Numbered from the stretch's first letter, positions 42,144 through 53,209 are shown. The stretch is 64,000 nucleotides of DNA from Gemmatimonadales bacterium (GCA_037189525.1 JBBCJC010000001.1:96001-160000); one strand, 5' to 3'. Numbers and translations: made by a program. Notes: generated by a model from the sequence alone, not told the origin.

Positions 42144-42713
42144 TCACGGCAAACGGGGAGGATCGCCGCTGCCGGCGACCAAATCCGACGCGACCACGAT
42201 CGTCTCGTCGTCCACGATGTCCACGACACGGATCGGCGTGCCGGTAGGGAGCGCTTCGTCGTCCGTCACCGCCACCAACTCGGCCAGCCGGCCGCTCACC
42301 GGGACGTGCACCTTGCCCGATCCGCTCCGCGCGCCGGGCACCGTCAGGTAGACGAAGCCCCGCTCGCCGATGGACGTCGCGATGTGCGCGGTGCGGTCGC
42401 TGTCGAGCCGGCGAAGCACCCGCGTCGCATATGCCACACTCGTCATCGCACCGAATCCGGCAACGACGCCCACCGGCGCCGACAGGATACTGCCCAGACC
42501 GAGCCACTGGCCGGCCAACCCGCCGATCCCGAAGAACGCGACGCCCGCCGAGAGCGCGCGGACGCTGAACAGATCGAGACCGCCATCACTCGCGAGATCG
42601 TGATGGTCGACACCGTGATCGGCGCCGTGGTCGGAACCGAAGACGCTGAGCGCGGTCTGCAGGAGGAGCAGAACCCCGCCGACACCCACGCAGACGAAGT
42701 AGAAGGTGGCCAC
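42144..42713 (-). CDS. NfeD-like membrane protein (flotillin partner)
   Basis: TM segments with a His-rich loop; OB-fold GFVYLTVPG..GKV..ELVA..LPTGTPIRVV. Confidence 0.8.
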   Translation of the reverse strand: MATFYFVCVGVGGVLLLLQTALSVFGSDHGADHGVDHHDLASDGGLDLFSVRALSAGVAFFGIGGLAGQWLGLGSILSAPVGVVAGFGAMTSVAYATRVLRRLDSDRTAHIATSIGERGFVYLTVPGARSGSGKVHVPVSGRLAELVAVTDDEALPTGTPIRVVDIVDDETIVVASDLVAGSGDPPRLP

Positions 42714-42877
42714 GATCTGAAATGAATACCGCCACCTCTGACTCGGCACCAGCCCGGACCGGCGGATCTATCCCCGGATCCGGGGCATTCGGCCGGGCCG
42801 ACCCGTTTCCCGATTCGAGTGGGCGCAACTGACCTCGTTGCAAGAGGTTAGGATGCCGTCGCACAACGCTTCTCGCC

Positions 42878-43888
42878 ATGCCGGTCCGCGACTATTCTTC
42901 TAGGTTGGATTCCGCCATCAGATTGGAGACCACGTTGGCGCTGCCGTTGGTGCAACTGACCCGTTCCCCCGCCGCTCCAGAAGCAGGGCGACCCCTCCCG
43001 GTCGCGGATGCTCCGATCGAGCGGAAGCCCTCCTGGCTCAAGGTGAAGGCCCCGGGGGGTGGTAACTATATCCGAATCAAGAAGTTGATGCGCGACCTGG
43101 GCCTGCACACCGTCTGCGAGGAGGCCCGCTGCCCGAACATCGGCGAGTGCTGGGAACACAAAGCCGCCACGTTCATGATCCTGGGCGACGTCTGCACCCG
43201 CAACTGTGCCTACTGCGCGGTTGCCCACGGCACCCCGGCGCCATTCGACCCCGTCGAACCGGTCCGGCTGGCCGAGGCGGTCGCCGAGATGGGGCTGCAG
43301 CATGTGGTTATTACCTCGGTCGACCGGGATGACCTGGAAAACGGGGGCGCCGAAGCGTTTGCCGGATGTATTACCGAGATCAAGAAGCGACTGCCTCGGA
43401 CCTCGGTCGAGGTGCTGATCCCCGACTTCAAGGGATCGGAAAAGGCCCTGGCCATCGTGATGGAGGCCCGGCCCGACATTCTCAATCACAATCTGGAAAC
43501 GGTCGAACGGCTCTACCGGCTGGCGCGACCGGGCGGGCGGTACCCGCGGGCCCTTCAGGTCCTGGCGAACGCCCGTAAGCTGGTGCCCGACGGCCTAACC
43601 AAGTCCGGCATCATTTTGGGCCTCGGCGAGGAATGGGACGAACTGCTGCACGCCATGCGGGATCTGCGTCGCTCGGACGTCAACATCCTCACCCTCGGCC
43701 AGTATCTTCGGCCCTCGGACGGCCACCTGCCGATTGCTCGGTACTATACGCCCGAGGAGTTTGCCGAACTCAAGGTCATCGGGATCGAGATGGGCTTTGA
43801 CCATGTGGAAGCCAGTCCGCTCACCCGATCCAGCTATCACGCCTGGGAGCAAGTCGACCAGGCCAAGGCTTCCAAAGCGAGCTCATGA
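42878..43888 (+). CDS. lipA: Lipoyl synthase (start may be about 42934)
   Basis: CEEARCPNIGEC; CTRNCAYC radical SAM motif; RSSYHA. Confidence 0.97.
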   Translation: MPVRDYSSRLDSAIRLETTLALPLVQLTRSPAAPEAGRPLPVADAPIERKPSWLKVKAPGGGNYIRIKKLMRDLGLHTVCEEARCPNIGECWEHKAATFMILGDVCTRNCAYCAVAHGTPAPFDPVEPVRLAEAVAEMGLQHVVITSVDRDDLENGGAEAFAGCITEIKKRLPRTSVEVLIPDFKGSEKALAIVMEARPDILNHNLETVERLYRLARPGGRYPRALQVLANARKLVPDGLTKSGIILGLGEEWDELLHAMRDLRRSDVNILTLGQYLRPSDGHLPIARYYTPEEFAELKVIGIEMGFDHVEASPLTRSSYHAWEQVDQAKASKASS

Positions 43889-44931
43889 CGACAACGACCA
43901 AGAAAACCTCGAGTGCCAAGTCGGCGGTACAAAAGCCGCCGGACCAGGCCACCCAAGCGCTCCATCGCTCATTCCTCCGGCAGATGCTCCTGATCCGCCG
44001 TTTCGAAGAGCGCGCCGGCGAGGCCTACTCGATGGGCAAGATCGGCGGATTCTGTCACCTCTACATCGGCCAGGAAGCGGTTGCCGTCGGCACCATGGCC
44101 GCCCTGCGCCCCGACGACCACGTCATCAGCGCCTATCGTGAACATGGCCAGGCACTGGCTCGCGGCATGACGAGCCGGGCCGTGATGGCCGAGCTGTTCG
44201 GCAAGGCCACCGGGTGTTCGGGCGGTAAGGGCGGCTCGATGCACCTGTTCGATGCCTCGCTCGGATTCCTGGGCGGCCACGGCATCGTCGGCAGTCACAT
44301 TCCGCTCGCGGCCGGCGTCGCGTTCGCGCACAAGTACCGCGGCGGCGACCAGGTCTGCGTCTGCTTTTTCGGTGAAGCGGCGGTGAACATCGGCGCCTTT
44401 CACGAGACGCTCAATATGGCGTCGCTCTGGGGGCTGCCGGCCATCTTCATCGTCGAGAACAACGGCTACGGGATGGGGACCGCCGTGTCCCGCGCCGCTG
44501 CCGTCACGACCCTGTCCGAGCGCGGCACCTCGTACGACATGCCGGCGGAAACGGTCGACGGCCAGGACGTCCTCACGGTGCGCGCGGCGGTTGAAGCCGC
44601 GGTCGCCCGGGCGCGCACCGAGTCGAAGCCCACGCTGCTCGACATCAAGACGTACCGCTACGTCGGCCACTCGATGTCCGATGCGGCCCACGGCACCTAC
44701 CGCTCCAAGGAAGAAGTCGACGAATTCCGTCGCCGCGATCCGATCCAGGTGCTGGTCGATCAGATGCGGGCCGGCGGGTATTGGGACGACGAGCAGCATC
44801 AAGCGCTCGAAGCCGATGTCGCCGCGGAGGTCGAAGACTCGTACACGTTTGCCGAGGAATCGCCCGATCCGGATCCGTCGGAGCTGCTGACCGACGTGTA
44901 CGCACCGACCGGCGACGAGGGGAGCAACTGA
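43885..44931 (+). CDS. pdhA: Pyruvate dehydrogenase E1 alpha
   Basis: [40 protein letters not shown]. Confidence 0.96.
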   Translation: MTTTTKKTSSAKSAVQKPPDQATQALHRSFLRQMLLIRRFEERAGEAYSMGKIGGFCHLYIGQEAVAVGTMAALRPDDHVISAYREHGQALARGMTSRAVMAELFGKATGCSGGKGGSMHLFDASLGFLGGHGIVGSHIPLAAGVAFAHKYRGGDQVCVCFFGEAAVNIGAFHETLNMASLWGLPAIFIVENNGYGMGTAVSRAAAVTTLSERGTSYDMPAETVDGQDVLTVRAAVEAAVARARTESKPTLLDIKTYRYVGHSMSDAAHGTYRSKEEVDEFRRRDPIQVLVDQMRAGGYWDDEQHQALEADVAAEVEDSYTFAEESPDPDPSELLTDVYAPTGDEGSN

Positions 44932-45908
44932 TGGCTACGCTCACATATCGTGACGCCCTCAATCAGGCGCTCCGTGAAGAGATGACGCGCGACGATCGCG
45001 TCTTCCTGATGGGTGAAGAGGTGGCAGAGTACGACGGCGCCTACAAGGTGAGCCGCGGCCTGCTCAAGGAGTTCGGCCCGAAGCGCGTGGTCGACACCCC
45101 GATTGCCGAGTTGGGTTTTGCCGGTATCGGCGTCGGCGCCGCGATGGTCGGCCTCCGTCCGATCATCGAGATGATGACCTGGAACTTCGCGCTCCTGGCC
45201 ATCGACCAGATCGTCAACTCCGCCGCCAAGATGCGGTACATGTCCGGCGGTCAGATCGGGGTGCCGATCGTGTTCCGCGGACCGGGCGGCGCCGCATTAC
45301 AGCTTGCTGCGCAGCATTCGCAGGCGTTCGAGAGCTGGTACGCCCACATCCCCGGGCTCAAGGTCATCGCCCCGGCCACGCCGGCCGACGCGAAGGGGCT
45401 GCTCAAAGCCGCCATCCGCGACGACGACCCGGTCGTCTTCATTGAAGGCGAGATGCTCTACAACCTGAAGGGCGAGGTTCCGGACGAGGAGCACGTGATT
45501 CCGATCGGCAAGGCGGACATAAAGCGCGCCGGCTCGGACGTGACCATCATCTGCCATTCGAAGACGGTCGCTCCGGCGCTCAAGGCCGCCGAAGCGCTCG
45601 CTGCGGATGGCATCGAGGCCGAAGTCATCGACCTTCGGACCATCCGGCCCCTCGACGTCGAGGCGATTCTGACCTCGGTTGCCAAAACCAATCGCTGTGT
45701 CGTCGCCGAAGAAGGCTGGTCCTTCGCGGGTGTCGGTGCGCAGGTGGTCGACACCATCCAGCGTGAGGCGTTCGATGCGCTCGACGCGCCGGTGCTGCGG
45801 GTGACCGGTGCGGACGTGCCCATGCCGTACAACAAGTTCCTGGAGCGGGCGGCCAAGACCGATGCCGCCAAGATCCAGGACGCCGCCAAGAAAGTGCTGT
45901 ACCGCTGA
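44931..45908 (+). CDS. pdhB: Pyruvate dehydrogenase E1 beta
   Basis: [39 protein letters not shown]. Confidence 0.96.
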   Translation: MATLTYRDALNQALREEMTRDDRVFLMGEEVAEYDGAYKVSRGLLKEFGPKRVVDTPIAELGFAGIGVGAAMVGLRPIIEMMTWNFALLAIDQIVNSAAKMRYMSGGQIGVPIVFRGPGGAALQLAAQHSQAFESWYAHIPGLKVIAPATPADAKGLLKAAIRDDDPVVFIEGEMLYNLKGEVPDEEHVIPIGKADIKRAGSDVTIICHSKTVAPALKAAEALAADGIEAEVIDLRTIRPLDVEAILTSVAKTNRCVVAEEGWSFAGVGAQVVDTIQREAFDALDAPVLRVTGADVPMPYNKFLERAAKTDAAKIQDAAKKVLYR

Positions 45909-47197
45909 TGGCCACCAAGATCGTGATGGAGGCGCTCTCGCCCACGATGGAGGAAGGGCGCCTGGTCGAGTGGAAGAAGAACGAGGGCGACACCGTCGCC
46001 GTCGGTGACGTGCTGGCCGAGGTCGAAACCGATAAGGCCGTCATGGAACTGGTGGCGCGCGGCGCCGGCACCCTGCTCAAGCAGGCGGTCGCCGCCGGCA
46101 CCACCGTTCCCGTGTCGGATCTGGTCGGCTGGATCGGTGAGCCGGGCGAAAACGTCGACGGAAGCAAGGCCGCGCCCGAAGCGCCCGCCGGCGACAAGAA
46201 GGCCCAGCCGGCATCCGCTGCCAAGCCAGTGGATGCGGCTGCCGAGCAACCGGCCGCCGACACCTCGGCCAAGGCGGCTCCGGCTCAACCCGCGGCAGCA
46301 CCGGCCCCTGAAGCCCCCGCAACGACGGGCCGGGTCAAGGCGTCGCCCTTGGCCCGGAAGATTGCCGCCGACAAGGGCGTCGATCTGGCGCGGGTCAGCG
46401 GATCCGGACCGGAAGGTCGCGTCATCAAGCGCGATCTCGACGGCGTATCGGCCGCACCGGCCGCTGCAGCACCGGCCCGGAGCCTTCGGCAGGCGGACAA
46501 GCCGACAGGTCCGGCATTCGAGGACGTGCCGCTCTCGCAGATTCGCAAGACGATCGCCAAGCGACTGGTCCAGTCGATCGGCCCGATCCCGACGTTCTAC
46601 CTCACGTCGGAAATCGACATGGAGCGCGCCGCCGATCTGCGTGAGCAGCTCAAGGGCGCCTACGGCGACTCGGCCAAGGTCTCGTTCAACGACCTGGTGG
46701 TCCGGGCGACGGCCCTGGCGCTTCGTGCGCATCCGGCGGTCAACGCCTGGTGGCAGGATGATCACATCAAGCAGTGGAACGAAGTCCACATCGGCATGGC
46801 GGTCGCCATTCCCGACGGGCTGATCACGCCGATCATCCGGAACACCGATCAGAAGTCACTGCTCGAAATCGGCGCCGAGGCCAAGGCGTTGGCGGGCCGG
46901 GCGCGCGCCCGGAAGCTGCAGCCCGAGGAGTATACCGGCGCCACGTTCTCGATTTCGAATCTCGGGATGTACGACATCGAGCACTTTACTGCCGTGATCA
47001 ACCCACCGGAGGCCGGGATTCTCGCGATCGGGTCGATCGCTACCATTCCGGCGGTGGTGAATGGCGCCGTCGTGCCGCGGAAGCGGATGCGGATCACCAT
47101 GTCGTGCGATCATCGCGTCATCGACGGTGCCACCGGCGCCGAGTTCCTGAAGACGCTCAAGCAGCTGTTGGAGAATCCCGTCGCCCTGGTATGGTGA
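45908..47197 (+). CDS. pdhC: Dihydrolipoamide acetyltransferase E2
   Basis: Lipoyl domain VETDKA; Ala/Pro linker; KASPLARK; SCDHRVIDG. Confidence 0.96.
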   Translation: MATKIVMEALSPTMEEGRLVEWKKNEGDTVAVGDVLAEVETDKAVMELVARGAGTLLKQAVAAGTTVPVSDLVGWIGEPGENVDGSKAAPEAPAGDKKAQPASAAKPVDAAAEQPAADTSAKAAPAQPAAAPAPEAPATTGRVKASPLARKIAADKGVDLARVSGSGPEGRVIKRDLDGVSAAPAAAAPARSLRQADKPTGPAFEDVPLSQIRKTIAKRLVQSIGPIPTFYLTSEIDMERAADLREQLKGAYGDSAKVSFNDLVVRATALALRAHPAVNAWWQDDHIKQWNEVHIGMAVAIPDGLITPIIRNTDQKSLLEIGAEAKALAGRARARKLQPEEYTGATFSISNLGMYDIEHFTAVINPPEAGILAIGSIATIPAVVNGAVVPRKRMRITMSCDHRVIDGATGAEFLKTLKQLLENPVALVW

Positions 47198-47210
47198 CAC
47201 CCGTAACTCG

Positions 47211-47233
47211 GGCGGCGCCTGGCGCCGCCTTTC
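47211..47233 (+). terminator. Intercistronic hairpin between pdhC and lpdA (weak terminator or stabiliser)
   Basis: GGCGGCGC-CTG-GCGCCGCC followed by TTTC. Confidence 0.4.
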
Positions 47234-47255
47234 AACCCTGACTCTCGAGGTAGCT

Positions 47256-48650
47256 GTGTCCACCTTTGATGTCATCGTGCTCGGCGGCGGCCCCGCCGGT
47301 TACGTCGCAGCCATTCGGGCTGCGCAGCTCGGCCTCTCGACGGCGGTCGTCGAGAAGGAGAAGCTGGGCGGCGTCTGCGTCAACATCGGCTGCATTCCGA
47401 CCAAAGCGCTGCTGCACAGCGCCTATGCGCTCAACCTGATCAGCCATGATGCCAAAGCGCTCGGCATCGAGGTCGGCGAGGTCAAGGGCAACTACGGCGT
47501 CGCCATGAAGCGGTCACGCCAGGTGTCGGAGCAGAACTCGAAGGGCGTCGAGTTTCTGATGAAGAAGAACAAGGTCACCGTCATCAAAGGGACCGGAACG
47601 TTGCTGCCCGGCAAGAAGGTCAAGGTCGGCAACGACACCCACAGCGCCAACAAGGCCGTGGTCATCGCGACGGGCTCCCGGGTCAAGGGGATTCCCGCCA
47701 TCGGGCTCGAGATCAACAAGACCACGGTCATCAGCTCCGATGAAGCGCTGTTCCTCGAGAAGGTGCCGGCCTCGATTGCCATCGTCGGCGCGGGTGCCGT
47801 CGGTTCCGAGTTTGCCGACATCTTCAATGCATTCGGGTCGAAGGTCACCCTGATCGAAGCCTTGCCGCGCATCATCCCGATCGAAGACGCCGAAGCGTCG
47901 GATGCCCTGACCAAGAGCTACAAGAAGCGCGGCATTGCCGTGCTCGCCGGCGCCAAGGTCCAAAAGGCCACGGTCGGTGCGAACGACGTGACCCTGGAAG
48001 TCGAAGCCGGCGGGAAGACCGAGAAGGTCACGGTCGAGAAGGTGCTGATGGCGGCGGGTCGCGCAGTCAACACCGAGAACATCGGCCTCGACAAGGTCGG
48101 CATCAAGCTCACCGACCGCGGGTTCATCCAGGTCAACCTGGCCAACCTCGAGACCACGGCCGCCGGCTACTACGCCATCGGCGACGTGGCCGGTCCACCG
48201 ATGCTGGCGCACAAGGGCAGCCGCGAAGGCACCTACGTGGCCGAGGTGATTGCCGGGCACAAGCCGCATCCGATCAAGTACGACAACGTGCCGAGCGTGA
48301 CGTACTGCCATCCGGAAGTGGCCAGCATCGGTTTGACCGAAGAGCAGTGCAAGGAGAAGAAGCTCGACTACCAGGTCGGCAAGTTCCCCTTCAGCGCCAA
48401 CGGTCGCGCGCGCGCGTCGAACGACACGGAGGGCTTCGTCAAGATCATTCGCGACAAGAAGTACGGCGAAATCCTGGGCGCCACGATCGTCGGCGGCCAT
48501 GCATCCGAGATGATCCACGAACTGGCCGTGGCGCGCGAGAACGAGTACACGGTGGAAGAGGTCGATCTCGCCATCCATGCCCACCCGACGCTCTCCGAGG
48601 CGATTGCCGAGGCGGCGCTCGACTCGATGGGCCGCGTCATCCACACCTGA
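47256..48650 (+). CDS. lpdA: Dihydrolipoyl dehydrogenase E3
   Basis: GGGPAGY, GGVCVNIGCIPTK, HAHPTLSE. Confidence 0.97.
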   Translation: MSTFDVIVLGGGPAGYVAAIRAAQLGLSTAVVEKEKLGGVCVNIGCIPTKALLHSAYALNLISHDAKALGIEVGEVKGNYGVAMKRSRQVSEQNSKGVEFLMKKNKVTVIKGTGTLLPGKKVKVGNDTHSANKAVVIATGSRVKGIPAIGLEINKTTVISSDEALFLEKVPASIAIVGAGAVGSEFADIFNAFGSKVTLIEALPRIIPIEDAEASDALTKSYKKRGIAVLAGAKVQKATVGANDVTLEVEAGGKTEKVTVEKVLMAAGRAVNTENIGLDKVGIKLTDRGFIQVNLANLETTAAGYYAIGDVAGPPMLAHKGSREGTYVAEVIAGHKPHPIKYDNVPSVTYCHPEVASIGLTEEQCKEKKLDYQVGKFPFSANGRARASNDTEGFVKIIRDKKYGEILGATIVGGHASEMIHELAVARENEYTVEEVDLAIHAHPTLSEAIAEAALDSMGRVIHT

Positions 48651-48653
48651 GGC

Positions 48654-49163
48654 ATGACGACCGGTCCATCCGATCCGAATTCTACCGAGCCGACGGCAAC
48701 GCCCGTCGGCTTGGTGTTTGGGTCCCTGATGATTGCCGTGCTGATCGGCATCGGTATCACGGCAGTCGTCAGCTTCATCGTCCGAACCCTGCAGATCCAG
48801 GCGGCCCCGCCGGCAGCGCCCGATGCCCAGAGCGCGCTCGCCAATGCCCTGGCGAGCGGTCCGATTCAGTTGTTGTTCGCGGGCGTCGTAGTGGCCTGCT
48901 TCAGCGCCGCCCTGGTCGCCTGGCGGCTCACCGCACCGACCCGTGATCCGTTCCGGCGGGGCGTCGTCGGCATCATGGCGGCACTCGGCACTTTCGTTGC
49001 CGGCTTTGCCACCACCGTCGTTGCGGACCAGGCGGCACTCGCGCTGGCGACTCCCGATCCCGACGGGCTGCCGAGCCGGATCGGCTTCGTGATCCTTGCC
49101 GTCCTCGCGTTCGGGGCGGCCGCCCTGCTGCGAGCCCGGCGCCGACCCGGTCATCGTTCATGA
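48654..49163 (+). CDS. Membrane protein of unknown function (about 4 TM)
   Basis: Four hydrophobic segments; tightly packed between lpdA and lipB. Confidence 0.7.
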   Translation: MTTGPSDPNSTEPTATPVGLVFGSLMIAVLIGIGITAVVSFIVRTLQIQAAPPAAPDAQSALANALASGPIQLLFAGVVVACFSAALVAWRLTAPTRDPFRRGVVGIMAALGTFVAGFATTVVADQAALALATPDPDGLPSRIGFVILAVLAFGAAALLRARRRPGHRS

Positions 49164-49864
49164 GCAGAGCGATTCGCGTCGTCGACCTGGGCCGTCGAGG
49201 GTACGGTGAGGTCCTGGAGATGCAACGGCGCCTCTGCCGGGAGCGGATCGAAGGCGGCCGAACCGAAGATCTGCTCCTGCTGGTCGAGCACGACCCTGTC
49301 GTGACGCTGGGCCGCGGCACCAGGGCGTCCAGCCTGCCCTTCGACCGCCTAACGCTCGAAGCCCGCGGCCTCGAGGTCTTCGAGATCGAGCGCGGCGGAG
49401 ACGTCACCCTGCACGCGCCCGGGCAGCTGGTCGGATATCCGATTTTCCATCTCGAGACCTATCGCCCCGATCTCCACTGGTACCTGCGGCAGCTCGAGCA
49501 GGCGCTGATCGACGCCCTGGCCGAGCTCGGCGTGCCGTCCGATCGGAACCCCGGTCTCACGGGAGTCTGGACCGGCAATCGCAAGATTGCGAGCATCGGG
49601 ATCCATGTGAAACGCTGGGTTACCTTCCACGGCTTCGCGCTCAACGTCACCACCGCGCTCGATCTGTTCCAATGGATCGTGCCCTGCGGCATTCACGGCG
49701 TGACCATGACCAGCATCGCAGAGGAACTCGGCGATCGCGGGCAGGCTGGGGGACTGGATGGGCGGGTTCGCCAGGCGGTCATCGACGCCTTCGGTCGGGT
49801 CTTCGACCGTACCATGATTATTGGAGACCCCGCCGATCTTGCGCCGATCGAGGCGGCCTCCTAG
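49160..49864 (+). CDS. lipB: Octanoyltransferase
   Basis: LLVEHDPVVTLGR, RGGDVTLHAPGQLVGYP, KIASIG, HGFALN, IVPCG. Confidence 0.96.
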   Translation: MSRAIRVVDLGRRGYGEVLEMQRRLCRERIEGGRTEDLLLLVEHDPVVTLGRGTRASSLPFDRLTLEARGLEVFEIERGGDVTLHAPGQLVGYPIFHLETYRPDLHWYLRQLEQALIDALAELGVPSDRNPGLTGVWTGNRKIASIGIHVKRWVTFHGFALNVTTALDLFQWIVPCGIHGVTMTSIAEELGDRGQAGGLDGRVRQAVIDAFGRVFDRTMIIGDPADLAPIEAAS

Positions 49865-49960
49865 CCCCCTGCCGCCGTACGGACCAGCCCCACGAAAATC
49901 ACACGAACCTCGGCAAACGATTGCCCATAGACCGCCCCAATCGGTTATCTTTCAGGCGCT

Positions 49961-50509
49961 ATGGCCGAACCGTTGGATCGCGCGAAGCTCGACGCCGCCG
50001 CAGGCGACAAGGTCAGGGATATCCTGCAGGCCTCCTCACGATGGGCCCAGGAAGTTCCGACGGCGCTCACGCCGAGTATTCGGGCCGTCTGCGTCCGACT
50101 GGCGGAAATGGTGGCCGACCAACGCCACTACCTGGCGCCGTTGCCGGAACCGCAGGAATCGGAGCGGGCCTCTCTCCTCACAGCCATTGCCGAGCAGCTG
50201 CGATCGGCGGCGGTCACCGAAGGCATTGACGGCCTCCTGGCCGAGTTGTCCGAGATGGAACTCCGCGCCACGGCATCGTGGTCGCTGGTCGACGGCGCAC
50301 AGAGCGAGTGGATCGCCACCGCGATTCGGTTCCTCGAAGCAAAATCGGCTGCCCTGCCGAAGGCGGAGCAGCCGGATGCTTATTGGGCCGACGATGTCGT
50401 CGCCGGAATCATCGCGTCGGTCCGCGCGCTGATCGGGGTCGACGAACTGCAGGCGCGGACCGAGGCTCGCTACTCAGGCGCCTACAAGCGGCCACCCGAG
50501 CCGGAATGA
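49961..50509 (+). CDS. Hypothetical helical protein
   Basis: Gap-filling ORF with protein-like composition. Confidence 0.55.
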   Translation: MAEPLDRAKLDAAAGDKVRDILQASSRWAQEVPTALTPSIRAVCVRLAEMVADQRHYLAPLPEPQESERASLLTAIAEQLRSAAVTEGIDGLLAELSEMELRATASWSLVDGAQSEWIATAIRFLEAKSAALPKAEQPDAYWADDVVAGIIASVRALIGVDELQARTEARYSGAYKRPPEPE

Positions 50510-50556
50510 ACGAGGTGGCGTGCAGCCTTCGCCGCACGCCACTCCCTGCTACGGCC

Positions 50557-51975
50557 TCACACCTCCGGGGCCGTCGACGCCTGACCGGCTGATGCGGTTC
50601 CCTTTTCCGCCAGCTTCTCGAAAAACTTCCCGAACACCACCACGCCGTCCCAGAGCTGCTGGAGATCCAGCTTCTCGTTAGGCGAATGCAGGCCGTCATC
50701 GGGAAGACCGATGCCGCTCAACACCACCGGCGCGCCCAGCTTCGCGAAATCGGCCACCACCGGAATCGACCCGCCTGCGCGCACTGGTACGGTGCCACGG
50801 CCGACCACTTCGCGGAACGCCTCATCGAGCTTTTCGAACGCGGGGTGGGTCACGTCCATCTGGATCGGATCGCCGCCGTGGAGGATGGTGACCGTCACGT
50901 CGGCATAGTCAGGCGCAAGCTTCGCAGCAGCCTTGGCGAGCCACTTCGAGACCTTGTCGAAGGTCAGGCCCGGCACCAGGCGAAGGCTGACCTTGGCGGT
51001 GGCCACCGCGGGAATCACCGTCTTGGCACCCTCGCCGACGAAGCCGCCCTTGATCCCATGGATCTCGAAGGTCGGAAGCGCCCAGATCCGCTCCAGCACG
51101 GTCGCCTCCTGGATCCCGGTCAAGGCGCGGCCGGTCACCTCCTCCTTGAGGAAGCGGGCTTCGTCGAAGGGCAACGTGTTCCAGCCCTCACGTTCGGCGC
51201 GGCTCGGTTTCTCGACCGACTTGTAGAGCTTCGGGATGTTGATCTTGCCCGAACGCTTCTTGAGGTCGGTGAGCAGCCGGACCAGCGTCTCGACGGCATT
51301 GGGCGCCGCTCCGCCGTAGGAGCCGGAGTGGAGGTCGCGCTGCAAGGTGCGCACCTGGATCTCGGCGTAGCACATCCCGCGGAGCGCGGTGTAGACACCG
51401 GGCCAGCCCACGTCGAAGTAGGACATGTCACAGACCAGCACGGCATCCGCCTTGGCCCGTTCGGGCTCACGGGCCAGCAGGTCCTGAATGACGTGACCGC
51501 CGGACTCCTCCTCGCCCTCGATCATGAAACGGATGTTGATCGGCGGCTTCCCCTCGGCGTCGAGCACGGCACCGTAGGCTTCGAGGAGACAGAAGACCTG
51601 CCCCTTGTCGTCTGCGGCGCCGCGGGCGTAGAGGCGGCCGTCACGCACCGTGGGCGTGAAGGGCGGCGATACCCATTCGTCGAGCGGATCGACCGGCTGC
51701 ACGTCGTAGTGTCCGTAGATCAGGAGCGTCGGCGCCCCGGGAACGGGTGGGCTCTCCGCGTAGACCACCGGGTGACCCTTGCCTTCGAGGACTTCGACCT
51801 TGGGGCAGCCCAACCGGTGCAGGCGGCGGACCAGCCAGTCGGCGGCCCGGCGGCAGTCGGTGGCATGCTGGGGAAGCGCGCTGATGCTCGGAATCGACAG
51901 GAATTCGACCAACTCCGCGAGCATACGGTCGCGCTGCTGGTCGATGGCGTTTGGATTGAGGGCCACGGCAATCAC
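50557..51975 (-). CDS. M20-family metallo-dipeptidase (start uncertain, 51966-52035)
   Basis: YGHYDVQP, RGAADDKG, EGEEESG, LHSPNEK. Confidence 0.92.
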   Translation of the reverse strand: MIAVALNPNAIDQQRDRMLAELVEFLSIPSISALPQHATDCRRAADWLVRRLHRLGCPKVEVLEGKGHPVVYAESPPVPGAPTLLIYGHYDVQPVDPLDEWVSPPFTPTVRDGRLYARGAADDKGQVFCLLEAYGAVLDAEGKPPINIRFMIEGEEESGGHVIQDLLAREPERAKADAVLVCDMSYFDVGWPGVYTALRGMCYAEIQVRTLQRDLHSGSYGGAAPNAVETLVRLLTDLKKRSGKINIPKLYKSVEKPSRAEREGWNTLPFDEARFLKEEVTGRALTGIQEATVLERIWALPTFEIHGIKGGFVGEGAKTVIPAVATAKVSLRLVPGLTFDKVSKWLAKAAAKLAPDYADVTVTILHGGDPIQMDVTHPAFEKLDEAFREVVGRGTVPVRAGGSIPVVADFAKLGAPVVLSGIGLPDDGLHSPNEKLDLQQLWDGVVVFGKFFEKLAEKGTASAGQASTAPEV

Positions 51976-52181
51976 ATGGGAAGAGGGAACCCCATATCTA
52001 GCCGATGCCGCGGGCGGATTCCAGTCGTGCGGCACTCCCTACCGGAATCGGCCGGGGCAAACCGATGAGAGCGCGGTTGATCGAGGCCACGGTCAACCGG
52101 GCCTACCTCCGTCACGTCAAGCAGCAGGGCCTTCGCTTGGCCAGGTCCTGACCCGAGCGCCCGTCGGCCCAGTTGCGGACG

Positions 52182-52661
52182 CTATCTCCTGCGACTTCGA
52201 CCGCGGGCGGGAGGATTCTCCCGGCTGAGCGGCGGACGGGCCGGAACGGCCGGCGGGGCACCCCCGCTCCGCACCAGCGACTCCACCGTCGTATCCGCGA
52301 GAAAACGAAGGATCGACTCCGCAATCGGCTTCCAGCGGTGGTGCGCCACGCAGGCGACACGGTCGTTGCAGGCCGATTGACCGAGCAGACAGGTCCGATA
52401 CGCCGCCACGTCCTCGAACGGCGCGATAACGGTCGCGAGCCGGAGCCGCGTCGCGGGTTTGGCGAGCACGAAACCGCCATGACGGCCCCGGCGAGAAGCC
52501 AAAACGCCCGCCCCCGCCAGCTGATGGAGGATTTTGGAGAGGTAATTCGCGGGAACGTCGAGCGTGGCCGCCAGCTCGGTAGCGTGGGAAGGTTCCTCCG
52601 GTGGCCGGCTGGCGATCAGCGCCACGACTCGCAGCGCATATTCGGAGGTTTGGTTCAACAT
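52182..52661 (-). CDS. Rrf2-family Fe-S transcriptional regulator
   Basis: MLNQTSEYALR, YLSKILHQL, SRRGRHGGFVL; CLLGQSAC.....CVAH (3 Cys + His). Confidence 0.92.
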   Translation of the reverse strand: MLNQTSEYALRVVALIASRPPEEPSHATELAATLDVPANYLSKILHQLAGAGVLASRRGRHGGFVLAKPATRLRLATVIAPFEDVAAYRTCLLGQSACNDRVACVAHHRWKPIAESILRFLADTTVESLVRSGGAPPAVPARPPLSRENPPARGRSRRR

Positions 52662-52675
52662 CGGCCACCTACGGA

Positions 52676-53209
52676 TCAAGGACCTCGCACGACGAAAGCG
52701 CCATCCTGATAGCTCACCAGAACGGCGACACCAGGCTCAAAAGTAATCGTAGTATCGAGCACGAGCGGCGACGGAATCTGAGGTCCTGCTGACGCGGAGT
52801 CCATCGCCTCCCGCCGCGTGAATTGCACCCGGATGTGGCGCGCACCCGGCGAAAGTGGATAGGAGCGCAGCAGGAAAATCGGCCGATCCTGCCGGAGCCC
52901 GCCTCCGGTGACCACCGCCTCCTCCAGCGTGTCGCGCGCGGCCAGGACCAGCAGGGTGTAGGTCGCGGCGTGGCCCTCACACTCCACCGCGCGGCGCATG
53001 TGCACGGGGCGCTTCGCCAGCTCGGCAGCATCGAGGGTGCGGCACTGCTCGATCCGCTCCGGCCGCATACTCCAGGAGAGCCGCAACTCGGTCGCGTCGG
53101 CGGTATGCCACCGCCATGCGCCGCCCGAACTGGCCGCCAGCAGAGCCGCGAGCCCCAGCGTCACGACCACCGCCACCGAGGTGCGCACGAGTTGCCGCCC
53201 GCTCGTCAT
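52676..53209 (-). CDS. Membrane-anchored/exported hypothetical protein
   Basis: N-terminal hydrophobic anchor, two Cys, beta-rich; GGAGG RBS and ATGA overlap with the upstream gene. Confidence 0.7.
   Translation of the reverse strand: MTSGRQLVRTSVAVVVTLGLAALLAASSGGAWRWHTADATELRLSWSMRPERIEQCRTLDAAELAKRPVHMRRAVECEGHAATYTLLVLAARDTLEEAVVTGGGLRQDRPIFLLRSYPLSPGARHIRVQFTRREAMDSASAGPQIPSPLVLDTTITFEPGVAVLVSYQDGAFVVRGP

Noticed and set aside
42770..42851. Palindromes CCCCGGATCCGGGG and CTGACCTC/GAGGTTAG between nfeD and lipA as an ncRNA
   Set aside because: Short, GC-rich and single-copy in the window; no recognisable RNA family
46160..46330. Repetitive Ala/Pro-coding DNA in pdhC and Ala/Glu repeats in flotillin
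   Set aside because: Expected flexible linker and coiled-coil coding sequence, not DNA repeats
52074..52099. CGGTTGATCG-N6-CGGTCAACCG as an FNR/DNR box
   Set aside because: Half-site spacing is 10 nt rather than TTGAT-N4-ATCAA, and it lies downstream of rrf2; more likely a simple hairpin
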